Source: Thraustochytrium aureum (taxonomy: Eukaryota). From it: DNA of 64,000 nt. The DNA lies in the NCBI GenBank assembly GCA_012862495.1, contig BLSG01000088.1, positions 116,437 through 180,436 on the forward strand, in the 5' to 3' direction. The position numbers and the translations under genes are program-made. A model generated the notes under the pieces. The model was not told the DNA's origin and did not search any database. It worked only from the letters and a program-made list of their open reading frames with translations. This document shows positions 10,607-21,390 of the stretch, piece by piece; the stretch's first letter is position 1; each line of letters begins with the position of its first letter.

Positions 10607-13600
10607 CTACCCGAGGCACCGTGCAAAGCGGTCGTACTGCTCTCTGACGTCGTCGTCGCCGAGCACAGCGTACGCCTCGCTTATTGCCTTAAACTTTACC
10701 TCTTTGGCCTTGCGTATCGCGTCGGCGTCTCCCTGGTTCTTGTCGGGATGAAACTGCAGAGCCAGCTTGTGAAACGCCTTCTTCACGGCGGCCCGAGGCG
10801 CCTCGCGCGGCACCCCCAGGACGTTGTAGTAGTTCTTCAGCTTGCCCGCGCCGTCGAGCCACTCGCCGCTTCGGTTTGATCCAAAGCTCCCTCCTTGGGA
10901 GCCGCCCGAACTCCGGGGCCCTGCGCTTTTCTTCTGGGAACCGCCGCCGGTTGAAGCGCCCGACTTGGGCTCGGATCGGAACTTGTACGAGCCGCTTGGG
11001 CCACGCCCCGCGCTTGCTCTTCTAGCCTTGCCAGAGAACCACTCGCGCCAGTTTTCGTCTTGCTTGTCCTTCCAAGACTTGAAAGTCGGCTTTTCCTGGC
11101 TGCTAGCGCCAGCAGCGCTGGCGCCGCTGGCGCTGCTGGTGCTGCTGGTCTTTGCGCTGTCGGGCTTTGCTGTCCCACTGGCAGCAGAAGGCCGGGGTCG
11201 CCTTGTGCGCCCCTCAGCCTGCGCTCGCCCAGAGCCCTGCTTGCGGATGCTGGCAAGCTTGATCTCGAGCTCCATGTACTCGCGCTTGCACTCTGGCAAG
11301 CGCCCAGGGTCGGTGCGGAATACGGCGTCGAAATCCGCCTTGGACTTCAAAAGCGCCGCCTCGCTCGATAGTTGAGCGCCAGCCCTAGCTCTACGCAAGA
11401 GCGCTTTGATGTAACCCGGCTGAAGGTCGAGCGCTGCGTCGCAGTCCTGCATAGCGAGCTTGAGACTCCCAAGCGCCGAATGGGCCGCCGCCCTGTTGGC
11501 GTAAAGGACCGCGTTGAAAGCTTTGCAGGCGCGGTCGGCCTCCAAAGCGCTCGTGTAGTGCTCGATCGCTTTGGCAAAGGCGCCACCGGCAAAGCAGGCG
11601 TTTCCCTTGGCCTTTGCTTCGAGCATTCGCCGCATTGCGCGAGCTTGCTGCGCTGCCCTGCCTCCAAGAGAGACGGGTCCGCCTGTTGCAGGTGATTTAC
11701 CGCCTCTTGCAAGTCCCCGGAGGCGTAGAGGCACTGTGCCTGGACGGCGCTCAAGTTGGCAAACAACCGTCTATCCACAGCCTTGTTCAGCGTCGCTTTC
11801 ACCTCGGCGCAGTACGACGTGCACGCACTGAGCTGCTTGCTCATCAAGAGCGCGTCCGCCCGGAGCGATACTGCGCGGACGCACGTCGGAGCCTCGTTGA
11901 GAACCGCCTCGGCCGCCCGCAAGCACGATTTTGGTTTGCGCGCTCGAATGGCCTCCTCGGCCTCGGCAAGCGAGCGCTCCAGCCCCGCGGCTTGCGCGAG
12001 CCCGTCAGAGGCAAAACCCAGGAATCCGTCAAACCCCCAGTGCGCAAGGTGCGCAGCATGCTTTCTGTACGACTCGCGCCCGGCGGCGAGGTTCTTCTTG
12101 GCGTTCTCAAAGTGTCCGCTCGACAGGTCGACCATGCCACGAAGGATCATGCCGACGCCAAGCAGCGCCTGGATTGCGGGCTTGCCTGCCGCAGCGCCTT
12201 CCAGGCACTCGTCACACACGCCCTGGCAGTCTGAACGGGCGCTCTTGAGTCGCTTGGACTTCACCGCCCACTCCGCCGTAGCTCTGCTCCAAAGCAGCTG
12301 AGCATGGCCGCGCTGGAGCATTATTGGGAGTCGCCAGCGGCGGCGCGTGTCCCCAAGCACACTCAGGCGCTGAAGCATTACGTCGCAAAGCNNNNNNNNN
12401 NNNNNNNNNNNNNNNNNNNNNNNNNNNNNNNNNNNNNNNNNNNNNNNNNNNNNNNNNNNNNNNNNNNNNNNNNNNNNNNNNNNNNNNNNNNNNNNNNNNN
12501 NNNNNNNNNNNNNNNNNNNNNNNNNNNNNNNNNNNNNNNNNNNNNNNNNNNNNNNNNNNNNNNNNNNNNNNNNNNNNNNNNNNNNNNNNTGCCATAGTCT
12601 TTGTTCAGGAGGCTGAACTGGACGCTCTTGCGCCAGGCCTCCGTCTCGCCTTCGATTTTGCATTGTAACAAATCTATCCGCCCTGGGTCAGTTTCGGTTG
12701 GGGCAGATGCGTCTGGAGGATTTGGAGGAGCGTCTTGCTGCGCGACTGACGGGGCGCTCGACATCGGCTCGTTGTTGCCCTGCTTTGGTATTGGCGCCTT
12801 TCGCTTGCGCTTCGGAGAGCCAGGGACCCCGACAGCCTCCTTTAGCGCCTCGAGGGCAGCCGCTTCGGTCTTGGAGTTGGCTTTTGCTTGCATTGCGGCC
12901 AACTCGGCTTGAGCAACCCTTGCAGTCTTTGCAGCCGCACTTCGCTTGTTTGGAGACCATGACGCTGTCGTGGTGTTCTGCGCCGTGGCAGCCCGGTGGG
13001 CAGAGCTCTCCGACGTCTTTCGTCGTTCCACGCGAGCTGTAGAGGCTAACTTTTCTTCTGGCTGGGTTGCTCTTGATGGCTTAGGTGCTCTGCTTGCAAT
13101 TGGGTCACCTGTTGCGCTGCCATGGGTTGGCATCTGGCGCGCATGCGGAGAGGGTATGGTCGCTGTCTTGCTCGGAATGGTATGCTCAATTGGAGGGGCA
13201 TCGCTGCCAGAGCCAGTCTCGGTGCCTGCGCTAGGCATTTGCTCGCAACTCAGCTCGCCGCGGTCAGACCCAGAGCGCTTTAGCGGTGGTGGCTGCTCGA
13301 TGCCTGTGTCGAGTTGCTCATCGCTTGCATTTGATTCCGCGTTGTGTGGTTCACTTGTTTCAAGTCTTCCATTGACGTCAAGTTGTGCGCCAATACTTTG
13401 GCCGAGTTGCGCCACAGTTTCTTCCCCGATAGATTCTGGAGCTTGCGGGCTCCGCACGTCGTCCTGGGTCGCTCCACCAAGAGCTGGCTTATTCAGCTCC
13501 TCCCATGCTTGCGCAAAATAGCTGGCCAGATCAGCCGTCCGGGTTTCCCTTTGCGTAGACGCTGCAGGAGGAGCAGATATGTCCGCGGCATCTGAATCAT

Positions 13601-13703
13601 TCGGCTCATCGTCAGTGTCTTGGTTGGGGCTTCGCCGCGGCGAATGGGCTTGTTGCGGAGCCGCGATAGCCTGCTCTGGCTGGGCGGGCTCAGGGTCGCT
13701 CAC
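10607..13703 (-). CDS. TPR-repeat + C-terminal J-domain co-chaperone (DNAJC7-like) with long low-complexity N-terminal region; frameshift ~11635, gap 12392-12589
   Basis: TPR motifs KAKGNACF...[17 protein letters not shown]...[19 protein letters not shown]-domain NYYNVLGV...[16 protein letters not shown]...[11 protein letters not shown] has an intact HPD. One missing A (CAA|ATG) joins the two frames. Confidence 0.8.
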
Positions 13704-14338
13704 CCGAGCCGGCTTTGCCTGCTTGCCGAGCCCACCGTTTGCTCTACCAAGGGACGGAGGGGGCGATCGCGCTGCCTCGTGCGGTCCTTTCGGTTGACCA
13801 AACGCTGCATTGAACTCTGCGTTGCCACGAAAAGTCCGCGTTTCGCACCGCGCGGTGATGACCTCGTGTTAGCCCTTGATATTGCGTTTTCGTCGGCAAG
13901 CAGGGTCGGGCTCGCTTGCGCAGCGCACGTGCTCTGGGGCACGGAGACCCAGTATGAGCGCCGCCGGTGCAGAGCGCCTCGACACCCACACAGCAAGCAG
14001 CCCTGGCGCTTGGCCGCAGCCTGCTCGCCAGAAACCCGCTGAAACCCGCGGCAAGTGCCGCACCGGCACTTGCCCCGCCTCACACCAAACGTGTCCAGGT
14101 CCGTTCGCCCTCGCTGCTCGCGCACGTCCGCGTCCTGTCTCGGCTTGTTCAGCGCTTCCGCCAGCAGTTGCGCACCAGCATGCGCGTCAAGCGCAACTGG
14201 GCTATCCGGCACCGAGCGCGGTGCGGGTCGCGGCGACCTGAGCCCATGCTGCTTGGCGGTCTGCGGTGCCCTCATGGGCCAGCCTCCGCTTGGCCGGCTT
14301 TCGAGGCGAGCGTCGCTTGCTCCTTCCGCATCCATCAT
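13700..14338 (-). CDS. ORF with Cys/His cluster, probably the 5' part of the TPR-DnaJ gene
   Basis: ATG start and motif CRCGTCRGF-x13-CLLCGCRGALH. The downstream ORF begins only with GTG and its frame is open upstream to ~13870, so the two are likely joined by an intron or indel. Confidence 0.45.
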   Translation of the reverse strand: MMDAEGASDARLESRPSGGWPMRAPQTAKQHGLRSPRPAPRSVPDSPVALDAHAGAQLLAEALNKPRQDADVREQRGRTDLDTFGVRRGKCRCGTCRGFQRVSGEQAAAKRQGCLLCGCRGALHRRRSYWVSVPQSTCAAQASPTLLADENAISRANTRSSPRGAKRGLFVATQSSMQRLVNRKDRTRQRDRPLRPLVEQTVGSASRQSRLG

Positions 14339-14967
14339 TCCTGGCGCGCGAGGCTCGCAAGCCAGCCAAATCTCGCCGCGAACAAGAACAACAGCTACTG
14401 CATTGGCCAGATGCAGCGCCGCTGCGCCGCTGTGGATTGGCGCGAAGCAATTGCTCGATGCGGGTCTGGCGCTCCGAAAGTTGACCGTTTCGATTTTCTC
14501 ACGACCAACCTCAATCTAAAATCTTGGAAGAATTGCGCTCGCGAAACGATCGATTGCACGTGACGAGCAAGCCGTGCATGGGTACTTTCACGGCGGCCGC
14601 GGCGGCTGTCGGGGTCGATGCTCTTCTGTTGAGTTGGGCCTGGTTTAAAAAAAGGCAGAGCTTTGCTGCGGGACGTGGTGTTAATGGCAAGTGCTGCGAG
14701 GCCTGCGCTGGTGCAAGCGCCAGCGCGGCCTGCCGTTTTCAAGCGGCACGAGTGGATGGAGATGTTTGGCTGCGGTTGACTAACTGGTTAAAAAAAGAAG
14801 AGCCTGGAGCTCGGCCCGTCCGCGAGGCGAGCTTGCAGCTCAGCGGCATCAGCTTGAGATGGCGGGAAACGAGCCGCGTGCGAAGCCACCCGCTTGCCCG
14901 GGCTCAGCGTGCGCTCGAGTGGCTCGCTCCAGACCTTGTCTAGAGCGAGAGAAGGAGCAGCGACCAG

Positions 14968-16196
14968 CTAGTTGCCGAGCTTGGCCTGGTAGGCCTTGAT
15001 GGCCGCCGCGAGCCGCTCCGCGCCAATCTTGAGCTCCTCCGCGTCATAGTACGAGAAGGACAGACGCAGGTAGTTCTTCATCTTCTCGCCAAAGCTGGTG
15101 CCGGGCAAAAACCCGACCTTGTGGTTCGCGGTGGCCTCCTCGAGCAGGTCGGCCGCTACCTGGCCCTCCGGAAGCTTGACCAGCACAAAGTACCCGCCCT
15201 GCGGCACCTCGAACGTAGTGTTTTCCGGGAGGTACTCCTTGAGCGCGTTGGAAAGCGTCTCGTAGCGAGTCCAGAGAGTCTCGCGCACAGTGTCAAGGTG
15301 CTTGTCCTGGAGGCCGAGGTCGATCGCCTTTTGCACGATCCCGAACGCGACCGGGTTGAGGCCGCCGCTCGAGTCAAGCTGGCCGCTGTCGGCGATCTTC
15401 TTCAGAATGGCCTTGTCGCCCTGGATCCAGCCAACGCGAAGCGCGGGGGCGAGAATCTTCGAGAAGCTGCCAGGCCCAGGATTTTCCCGTGCGTGTCGTA
15501 GGTGAACATGGGCGTGGGGGCGTGATGTGCGGGAAAGTGAGCATCTGGTACACCTCGTCGCAGACGAGGAGAAAGTCGTACTTGGCGCTGAGCATGGCGA
15601 GCTTCTCGCGGCGCTCGGCAGAAAGCGTGCGCCCTGTGGGGTTGTGCGCAGTTGTGACGACGTACATCATGGTCGGCACGGGGCCTTGCTCGAGCGCCTT
15701 CTCGAGGGCGTAGACGTCGAGTCCATGCTCGTCCATGGGGATCTGGCGGCAGTCAAGCTTGTAGTCCTTGAAGATGCTCTTGGCCAAGAAGTAGGTGGGT
15801 TCCTCCGCAAAGACGATGTCGCCGGCCTTGCAGAACAGCGCGCAGATCAGCGAGATCGCGCCGGTGTTCCCGTTCGTGGCAAACAGCTTCTCCGGGTCCA
15901 CCTCGTGCCCGTACCGCTCGGTCAAAAACTTGGCCAGCGATGTGCGAAACTTGGGAAAGCCGTACAAGTGCCCATACTGAAGGTAGAGCGGGTCGGTCTC
16001 CTTGAACTTCTCCGTGGCGGCCTCCCGAATCATGTCGAGCGGGAGGAGGCTGGGGGCTGGCTGGCCCACCTTGAAGTTGACCTGCTGCTCCACAGTGGGG
16101 ATGTCTGCGCGAGAGCCCTCGTCAGACGCGGCACAGTTTCTCGCTGACGCTCGTCGGCGTGGGCTTGCCCACTTCCGACCCTGCACGACTTACCAT
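14968..16196 (-). CDS. PLP-dependent class I/II aminotransferase (2-aminoadipate transaminase / Aro8-like); two apparent 1-nt deletions at ~15470-15520
   Basis: Motifs NFKVGQP, LQYG..YG, EEPTYF, HNPTG, DEVY, reconstructed GSFSKILAPALRVGW (PLP lysine), PQGGYF, LRLSFS. The start is probably ATG 16196 followed by an intron. Confidence 0.85.
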
Positions 16197-17074
16197 ACTA
16201 CTCGTTCGCGCAGCATTATCCCGCGCCACCGTCCATTGCGCGCGACCCAGCAGCAGCCCGTCAGCCGTCTATCCGGCCACCGGCGAGCCAGCAGCACGTG
16301 GCGCGTCGCGTCTGCCTTCGCGAGCCGCGTCTGTCACGAATTCCAGCGAGAACAACAAGCAAACAACTTGTGGGCGTCGCCAGGCCTGACCCGTCCGGCC
16401 CGGTTCGATGCGCAAGACGCGCGAAATCCCAACTTACCTGCCCGTACTCGCCCATTCTTCCTCGCTGATTCCGACGTGCTACGATCCTCTTGCTCTGCTG
16501 CTGCTGCTCTTCGTGTGCTCTTCGCTTTGGGGCTCTGTCTGCTGCTCGGCTCTTCGACGGACTCGGCCGCACAATCCGTCCTCGTCACTATTGGGCCCCC
16601 TGTATCGCGCCGTTCCGCCGGCGGAAACACCTGCTCTCATCACGAACAGTTCTAGATGACGAGGCGCGAGCGCGCTGCTCGGCGCCGCAGAATCACCGTG
16701 CGTCATTGGGACCCCCTAGTGACGAGAGACTGACTGACGCGGGCAGACGGACGGACACTGGCCTTCGTCGTTCGGTATCCGTTGCCACTGACCAGGCACT
16801 CAGTCGACGAAAACAATCTCTGCAGCGCAGCTCGCTCGTCGGACTTGGCTCAGCGAGGCTCCGCAGCCCTTTCGCCCTGCCCTGCTCAGTAGGCCGGCCT
16901 GCCCCAGCAACGACCAGGAAACCACCTTCAAGCGCAAGCCTGCTCAAGGCACCGAGCGCCGCTCACATCGTGCACACGAGGCGGCTCCGCCGAGCCAAAG
17001 CTTCTCGATGCACGAGCGCCGGCCAGCACCTTCTGCCGAGCCGCATCAAGTCCTGGCCCGCGTGGCACGGAGGC

Positions 17075-17127
17075 CGCCTCGAGATCGCCTCGAGATCGCC
17101 TCGAGTTCGCCTCGAGTTCGCCTCGAG
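17075..17127 (+). repeat. 11-bp tandem repeat (CGCCTCGAGWT), about 5 copies
   Basis: cgcctcgagat cgcctcgagat cgcctcgagtt cgcctcgagtt cgcctcgag. Confidence 0.9.
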
Positions 17128-18093
17128 CGGCAGGCATCCAGCCACTCTCCATGCCACGCGGCCCACGCCAGCGTCGCCTGAAACGTGCACGATGCCCGCG
17201 CCGCGCAACAGACAAAACAAAGCAGCCGCAACAACAACAACAAACAACCAAAACCAATTCAATCAATCAAAAAATCAAAAAAAAATTCAGAACAGCAAAC
17301 AACCCACCAAAACCAACGCCCGCCCCCCAAGCCTCCAACCCCAACCCCTACCCCCCTCCTCGCACCTTTCCCCTCCATCCCGCACAAACCTACCAAACCC
17401 CCTCCTCCCATCACACCCCCATCGTGGCACAACTCCTCCGCCACACTGCCCATCTGCACCCCCTTGCCCTAACCTACCGCGGCAACCCTAGCCCCACTCC
17501 CACGCCAAACCCGGCAAAACCCGTCTCCTCTCGTTGCATGTCTTCGCTTCTCGTCGGGTAAACTGTTTTGACGAAGAAGAGGGAGGAGGTGGCGCGGTAC
17601 GCCCTGTGGCGAGGTGTCCGTTGGATGCGGCGCGGAGGCGATGGTGTGCTTGGGTGGCTTACGACGACGGTGTATGCGGCGATGTTTGGTTTCGGAGGAG
17701 GAGGAGGAGGAGGAGCAGTCGCGGATGTGGCCTGCGCAGGACGAGTGACGGACGCGCAAGCGGCGNNNNNNNNNNNNNNNNNNNNNNNNNNNNNNNNNNN
17801 NNNNNNNNNNNNNNNNNNNNNNNNNNNNNNNNNNNNNNNNNNNNNNNNNNNNNNNNNNNNNNNNNNNNNNNNNNNNNNNNNNNNNNNNNNNNNNNNNNNN
17901 NNNNNNNNNNNNNNNNNNNNNNNNNNNNNNNNNNNNNNNNNNNNNNNNNNNNNNNNNNNNNNNNNNNNNNNNNNNNNNNNNNNNNNNNNNNNNNNNNNNN
18001 NNNNNNNNNNNNNNNNNNNNNNNNNNNNNNNNNNNNNNNNNNNNNNNNNNNNNNNNNNNNNNNNNNNNGGCGAACCGCCCGTGGCCTGGAGCG

Positions 18094-18096
<3 letters not shown>

Positions 18097-18135
<39 letters not shown>

Positions 18136-18160
18136 CCCTGGCTGGCGCCCTGGCTGGCTG
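18097..18160 (+). repeat. (GGCT)n microsatellite; similar tract at 3010-3042
   Basis: Read directly; both tracts lie 5' of genes. Confidence 0.85.
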
Positions 18161-18398
18161 CTGCTGCTGTTCGAGGCGGGCTGCCTGGGTTGGACGGACG
18201 GGCTGACGGCCGCGGACGGCCTGGAAAGCTCGAGGCTGCCCTGGACGCGCCTACACGGACGCGGCTGGCTGGCGCGGTGCGGTGCGACGCCAGCGGCTTC
18301 TCGGGCTGACGTCCGTGGACTGAGCTTCGCGGCCGCGGCGGCGGGGAAAGGCCAGAAGGAAGGAGTTGAAAGTGCCCACAAAGGACCTGCAGGAAGAG

Positions 18399-21227
18399 AT
18401 GGGCGGCGCCGCGAGTAGCAGACGCGGCGCAAGGAGAAGGCTGGCTACGGACGAGCTCCATGCGTATTTCGGCCCTGGCGGTGGCGGCACCGTGTTTGGG
18501 AGCGGCGGCGGTGTAAAGGTGCCGAGCTACATCGCCGAGTCGGACGAGGTGGAGGAAAGCAAGTCTGGCTCAGGAGCGCAACGCAGTGGCGGGGAGAAGA
18601 ACCTTGAAGCAGAGGATTCCAAAGCGAAATGCGACTCCAGCGAACTGGGTGAAAGTACCCCGACGGAGCCGTACGAGAGCGCGAGAGCGGCGCTTGCAGC
18701 ACCAAGGAAAACTACCCTGACGGTCAAGCCAAAGCGACAGTCTACCGACGAACGCCTTGGCGACCTGGCCCGCGGAACGACGCTGTACCAGCCAAGGAAT
18801 ATTGAAATGAATGAAGCGACGCTGAGGTACGTGACCGTTCTCCCGAAAGGCGGGCACTGGCTCAAGCTCGGAAACACAACGCTTCAGTTTGGCTGCCCAC
18901 CAGAGACGATCAAGGACTCGATGACACTCGGGCTTGACGTTCCGAAGTACTTTGTCGTTCTTGGCGACCTCTTCTCGCGGACCAAGGGCGTAAACTATGC
19001 AGAGCTCGAGTTCCCCTGCTACTTCAACTTTTTCATCCGCAAGCAGCGCACCGTCGTGCTGACCACACCGAGCATCGAGAAACGCATCAGGGCCCTATTC
19101 CGGGAGACACTACTCGGCCCGGCCCCCGAGTTCCTCGACATCTCTCGCGACTTCCCAGAGGGCTCCAGCCCCGACAACTTTCCAGACTTTGTCAAGGAAG
19201 GCGAGTGGCTTGACCCCGCTCGCAAGACCCTCAGCGTAGACTCGCTGATCGAATTTCGCACTTTTGAGGCCGTCGAGCGCGACTCGACAGGGCACGCCAA
19301 GGTGTTCAGGGTCGACCTCGAAGACGGTATTGCCGTGGACTATTACAGGGACGAGCGCGCGTACAGGGTCACCGCGCCCACCGTGCTCCCAGAGGACATT
19401 CCGGACCTCACGATCTACATCGAGGACGTTATTCGCCGCATCGAGGAAGAGTCAAGCTTTTCCTCAGTAAAGGAGCGCCTGACCGGGGAGCCCCTCGCCG
19501 AGCTCCCTGTATTTGGCGTCACCATGCTCGGCACCTCGCACGGTTTCGATCCAAAGGGGCAAACCACCGGGTTTGTGCTCTGGGCGAACCGCCGCGGCAC
19601 GATGGTAGACCCACCGCCCATGGCTCTCGAATGTCTCGACGCGCTAGGCATCTCAAGCCGCACGATTGACTCTATTGTGCTCACGCACTGCCACAGCGAC
19701 CACGACGCAGGCGCGTTCCGGCGCCTACTCTTCGACCAGCACATTACCATCTACACCACGCGGACCATCTTCGAGTCGTTCATCCGCAAGTACTCCAACG
19801 TCTGCGGGTTCTCTCGCGAGTTTCTCGAGCAGCTCCTCCTCGTGCGCTGTGTTCTCATCGGTCAAGAGACGTTCATCCACGGCGCGAGCTGGCGGTTCTT
19901 CTATTCTCTGCACACGATCCCCTGCATCGGCTTCGAAGTCAAACTCGGCGGCAAGAGCATCGCATACAGCGCCGACACCAACCAGTCCCCAGAGCTGTTT
20001 GAGCGCATGTACAGCGAGGGGATTATTGGCAAGGGCCGCATGGCGTCGCTCTCCAGCTTTGCTTGGGAGGCAGACATGATCTTGCACGAGGCTGGCGTCC
20101 CGCCGATCCACACCCCGATGACCGAGCTCCTCAAGCTCCCACAACACATCAAAGAGAAGCTCTACGTCGTGCACGTGGCACAAAAGGACGTCCCCAAGGA
20201 CGGCGGCTTCCAGACCCTGCAGCAGGGCGACACCCGGTCCCTCGAGGTGCCGCGGAACGAGCTCGAGGTTTCCATCGAGATCCTCGACGTCTTCAGCACA
20301 ATCGACCTGCTTCGCGACGCGTGCGACAGCTTCAAGGACGCGCTTGGTCTCATGTACCTCATCCAAAACGAGACCTTTGAGCCAAACGAACTCATCGTGC
20401 GAGCCGGTGACCCAGGGGACCGAATCTTCATCATCACCAAGGGGGCGGCAGAGGTCTCGTGGGAGCACAATGGCGTCAAGAGCACGAAGCGCTTCCACGT
20501 TGGCGACTATTTTGGGGAGGCCAGCCTGGTGACAGGCGAGCCGCGCAACGCCGACGTCACTGCAAGGGGCCACGTCCGCGCCGCGACACTGAGCCGGCAG
20601 CACTTTGAGCACCTCATCAGCGGGACCAACATCAAGCAAAACCTAATCGCACTCGCCAAGGTGCGGACCAACAATACCTGGCAACTCATCAGCAACAACT
20701 CGGTCACCAAGCTTTTGACCTCCACCGCCAAGACGCAACTGGAAACCGCGATGGAAGAGCGCGAGTACGTCAAGGGCGAAGTAGTCTGGGAGGTGGGCGA
20801 CGCTGCTGAGATGGTCATGTTCGTTCAGTCTGGCGCGTTCCACATCAAAGCAGACCCGCACATGCTTCGTGAACGCCGCATTGACCTCAGCATTCGCGTG
20901 GACAAAACGACGGGCAAGTTTGAGATTCGCAACTCGGCCATGGTTCAGCAGACTCTGCTGGGAGGGATCGACTCGCCCACCAGGAAATCGGACGCCCATG
21001 CGCACGAAGCGGATTTCGCCGATGTCCGCTTCACTGAGGGCATTGCCAAAGAGGGGGCCTTTATTGGCGATTTCGACGCTGTGTTCAGCGACTGCCCCGT
21101 GGCTTCGACGGTGGTTTGTCTTGATGGCGGCACGTGCTTCCTGATCCCGCAGGCAAAGTGGAAGCAGTTTTGCCGAAACTTTCCTGGCGGGCTCATCTTC
21201 TTCATGAACAAGCACATCACGTTGTAG
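18399..21227 (+). CDS. metallo-beta-lactamase-fold cyclic-nucleotide phosphodiesterase with two C-terminal cNMP-binding domains (Dictyostelium PdeD/PdeE, GbpA/GbpB-like architecture)
   Basis: THCHSDHDAG (HxHxDH), HTIPC, YSADT, HEAG, VVH. CNB1 has GDPGD.IFII..G...GDYFGEASL..GEPRNADV. The second CNB is degenerate with an insertion. First ATG at 18399. Confidence 0.85.
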   Translation: MGGAASSRRGARRRLATDELHAYFGPGGGGTVFGSGGGVKVPSYIAESDEVEESKSGSGAQRSGGEKNLEAEDSKAKCDSSELGESTPTEPYESARAALAAPRKTTLTVKPKRQSTDERLGDLARGTTLYQPRNIEMNEATLRYVTVLPKGGHWLKLGNTTLQFGCPPETIKDSMTLGLDVPKYFVVLGDLFSRTKGVNYAELEFPCYFNFFIRKQRTVVLTTPSIEKRIRALFRETLLGPAPEFLDISRDFPEGSSPDNFPDFVKEGEWLDPARKTLSVDSLIEFRTFEAVERDSTGHAKVFRVDLEDGIAVDYYRDERAYRVTAPTVLPEDIPDLTIYIEDVIRRIEEESSFSSVKERLTGEPLAELPVFGVTMLGTSHGFDPKGQTTGFVLWANRRGTMVDPPPMALECLDALGISSRTIDSIVLTHCHSDHDAGAFRRLLFDQHITIYTTRTIFESFIRKYSNVCGFSREFLEQLLLVRCVLIGQETFIHGASWRFFYSLHTIPCIGFEVKLGGKSIAYSADTNQSPELFERMYSEGIIGKGRMASLSSFAWEADMILHEAGVPPIHTPMTELLKLPQHIKEKLYVVHVAQKDVPKDGGFQTLQQGDTRSLEVPRNELEVSIEILDVFSTIDLLRDACDSFKDALGLMYLIQNETFEPNELIVRAGDPGDRIFIITKGAAEVSWEHNGVKSTKRFHVGDYFGEASLVTGEPRNADVTARGHVRAATLSRQHFEHLISGTNIKQNLIALAKVRTNNTWQLISNNSVTKLLTSTAKTQLETAMEEREYVKGEVVWEVGDAAEMVMFVQSGAFHIKADPHMLRERRIDLSIRVDKTTGKFEIRNSAMVQQTLLGGIDSPTRKSDAHAHEADFADVRFTEGIAKEGAFIGDFDAVFSDCPVASTVVCLDGGTCFLIPQAKWKQFCRNFPGGLIFFMNKHITL

Positions 21228-21390
21228 TTTTTCCTCGGCGCTCGTGGCGGCGACCTCGAGCTGCGCTGACGAAAGGACCGTAAAATCTACATAGTCTGTT
21301 CCAAACGAGACAAGATCGGTCCCTGATTGAGTTCTGGCGCGGGTGGCCGTCAACGTCGTGCCTGTGTCACTACATTTATGTTTTTACTTA

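Noticed and set aside
17200..17520. A/C-rich low-complexity tract with Pro/Asn/Gln-rich ORFs
   Set aside because: Composition is unlike real genes here and it lies near a contig end; probably a low-quality read or simple sequence.
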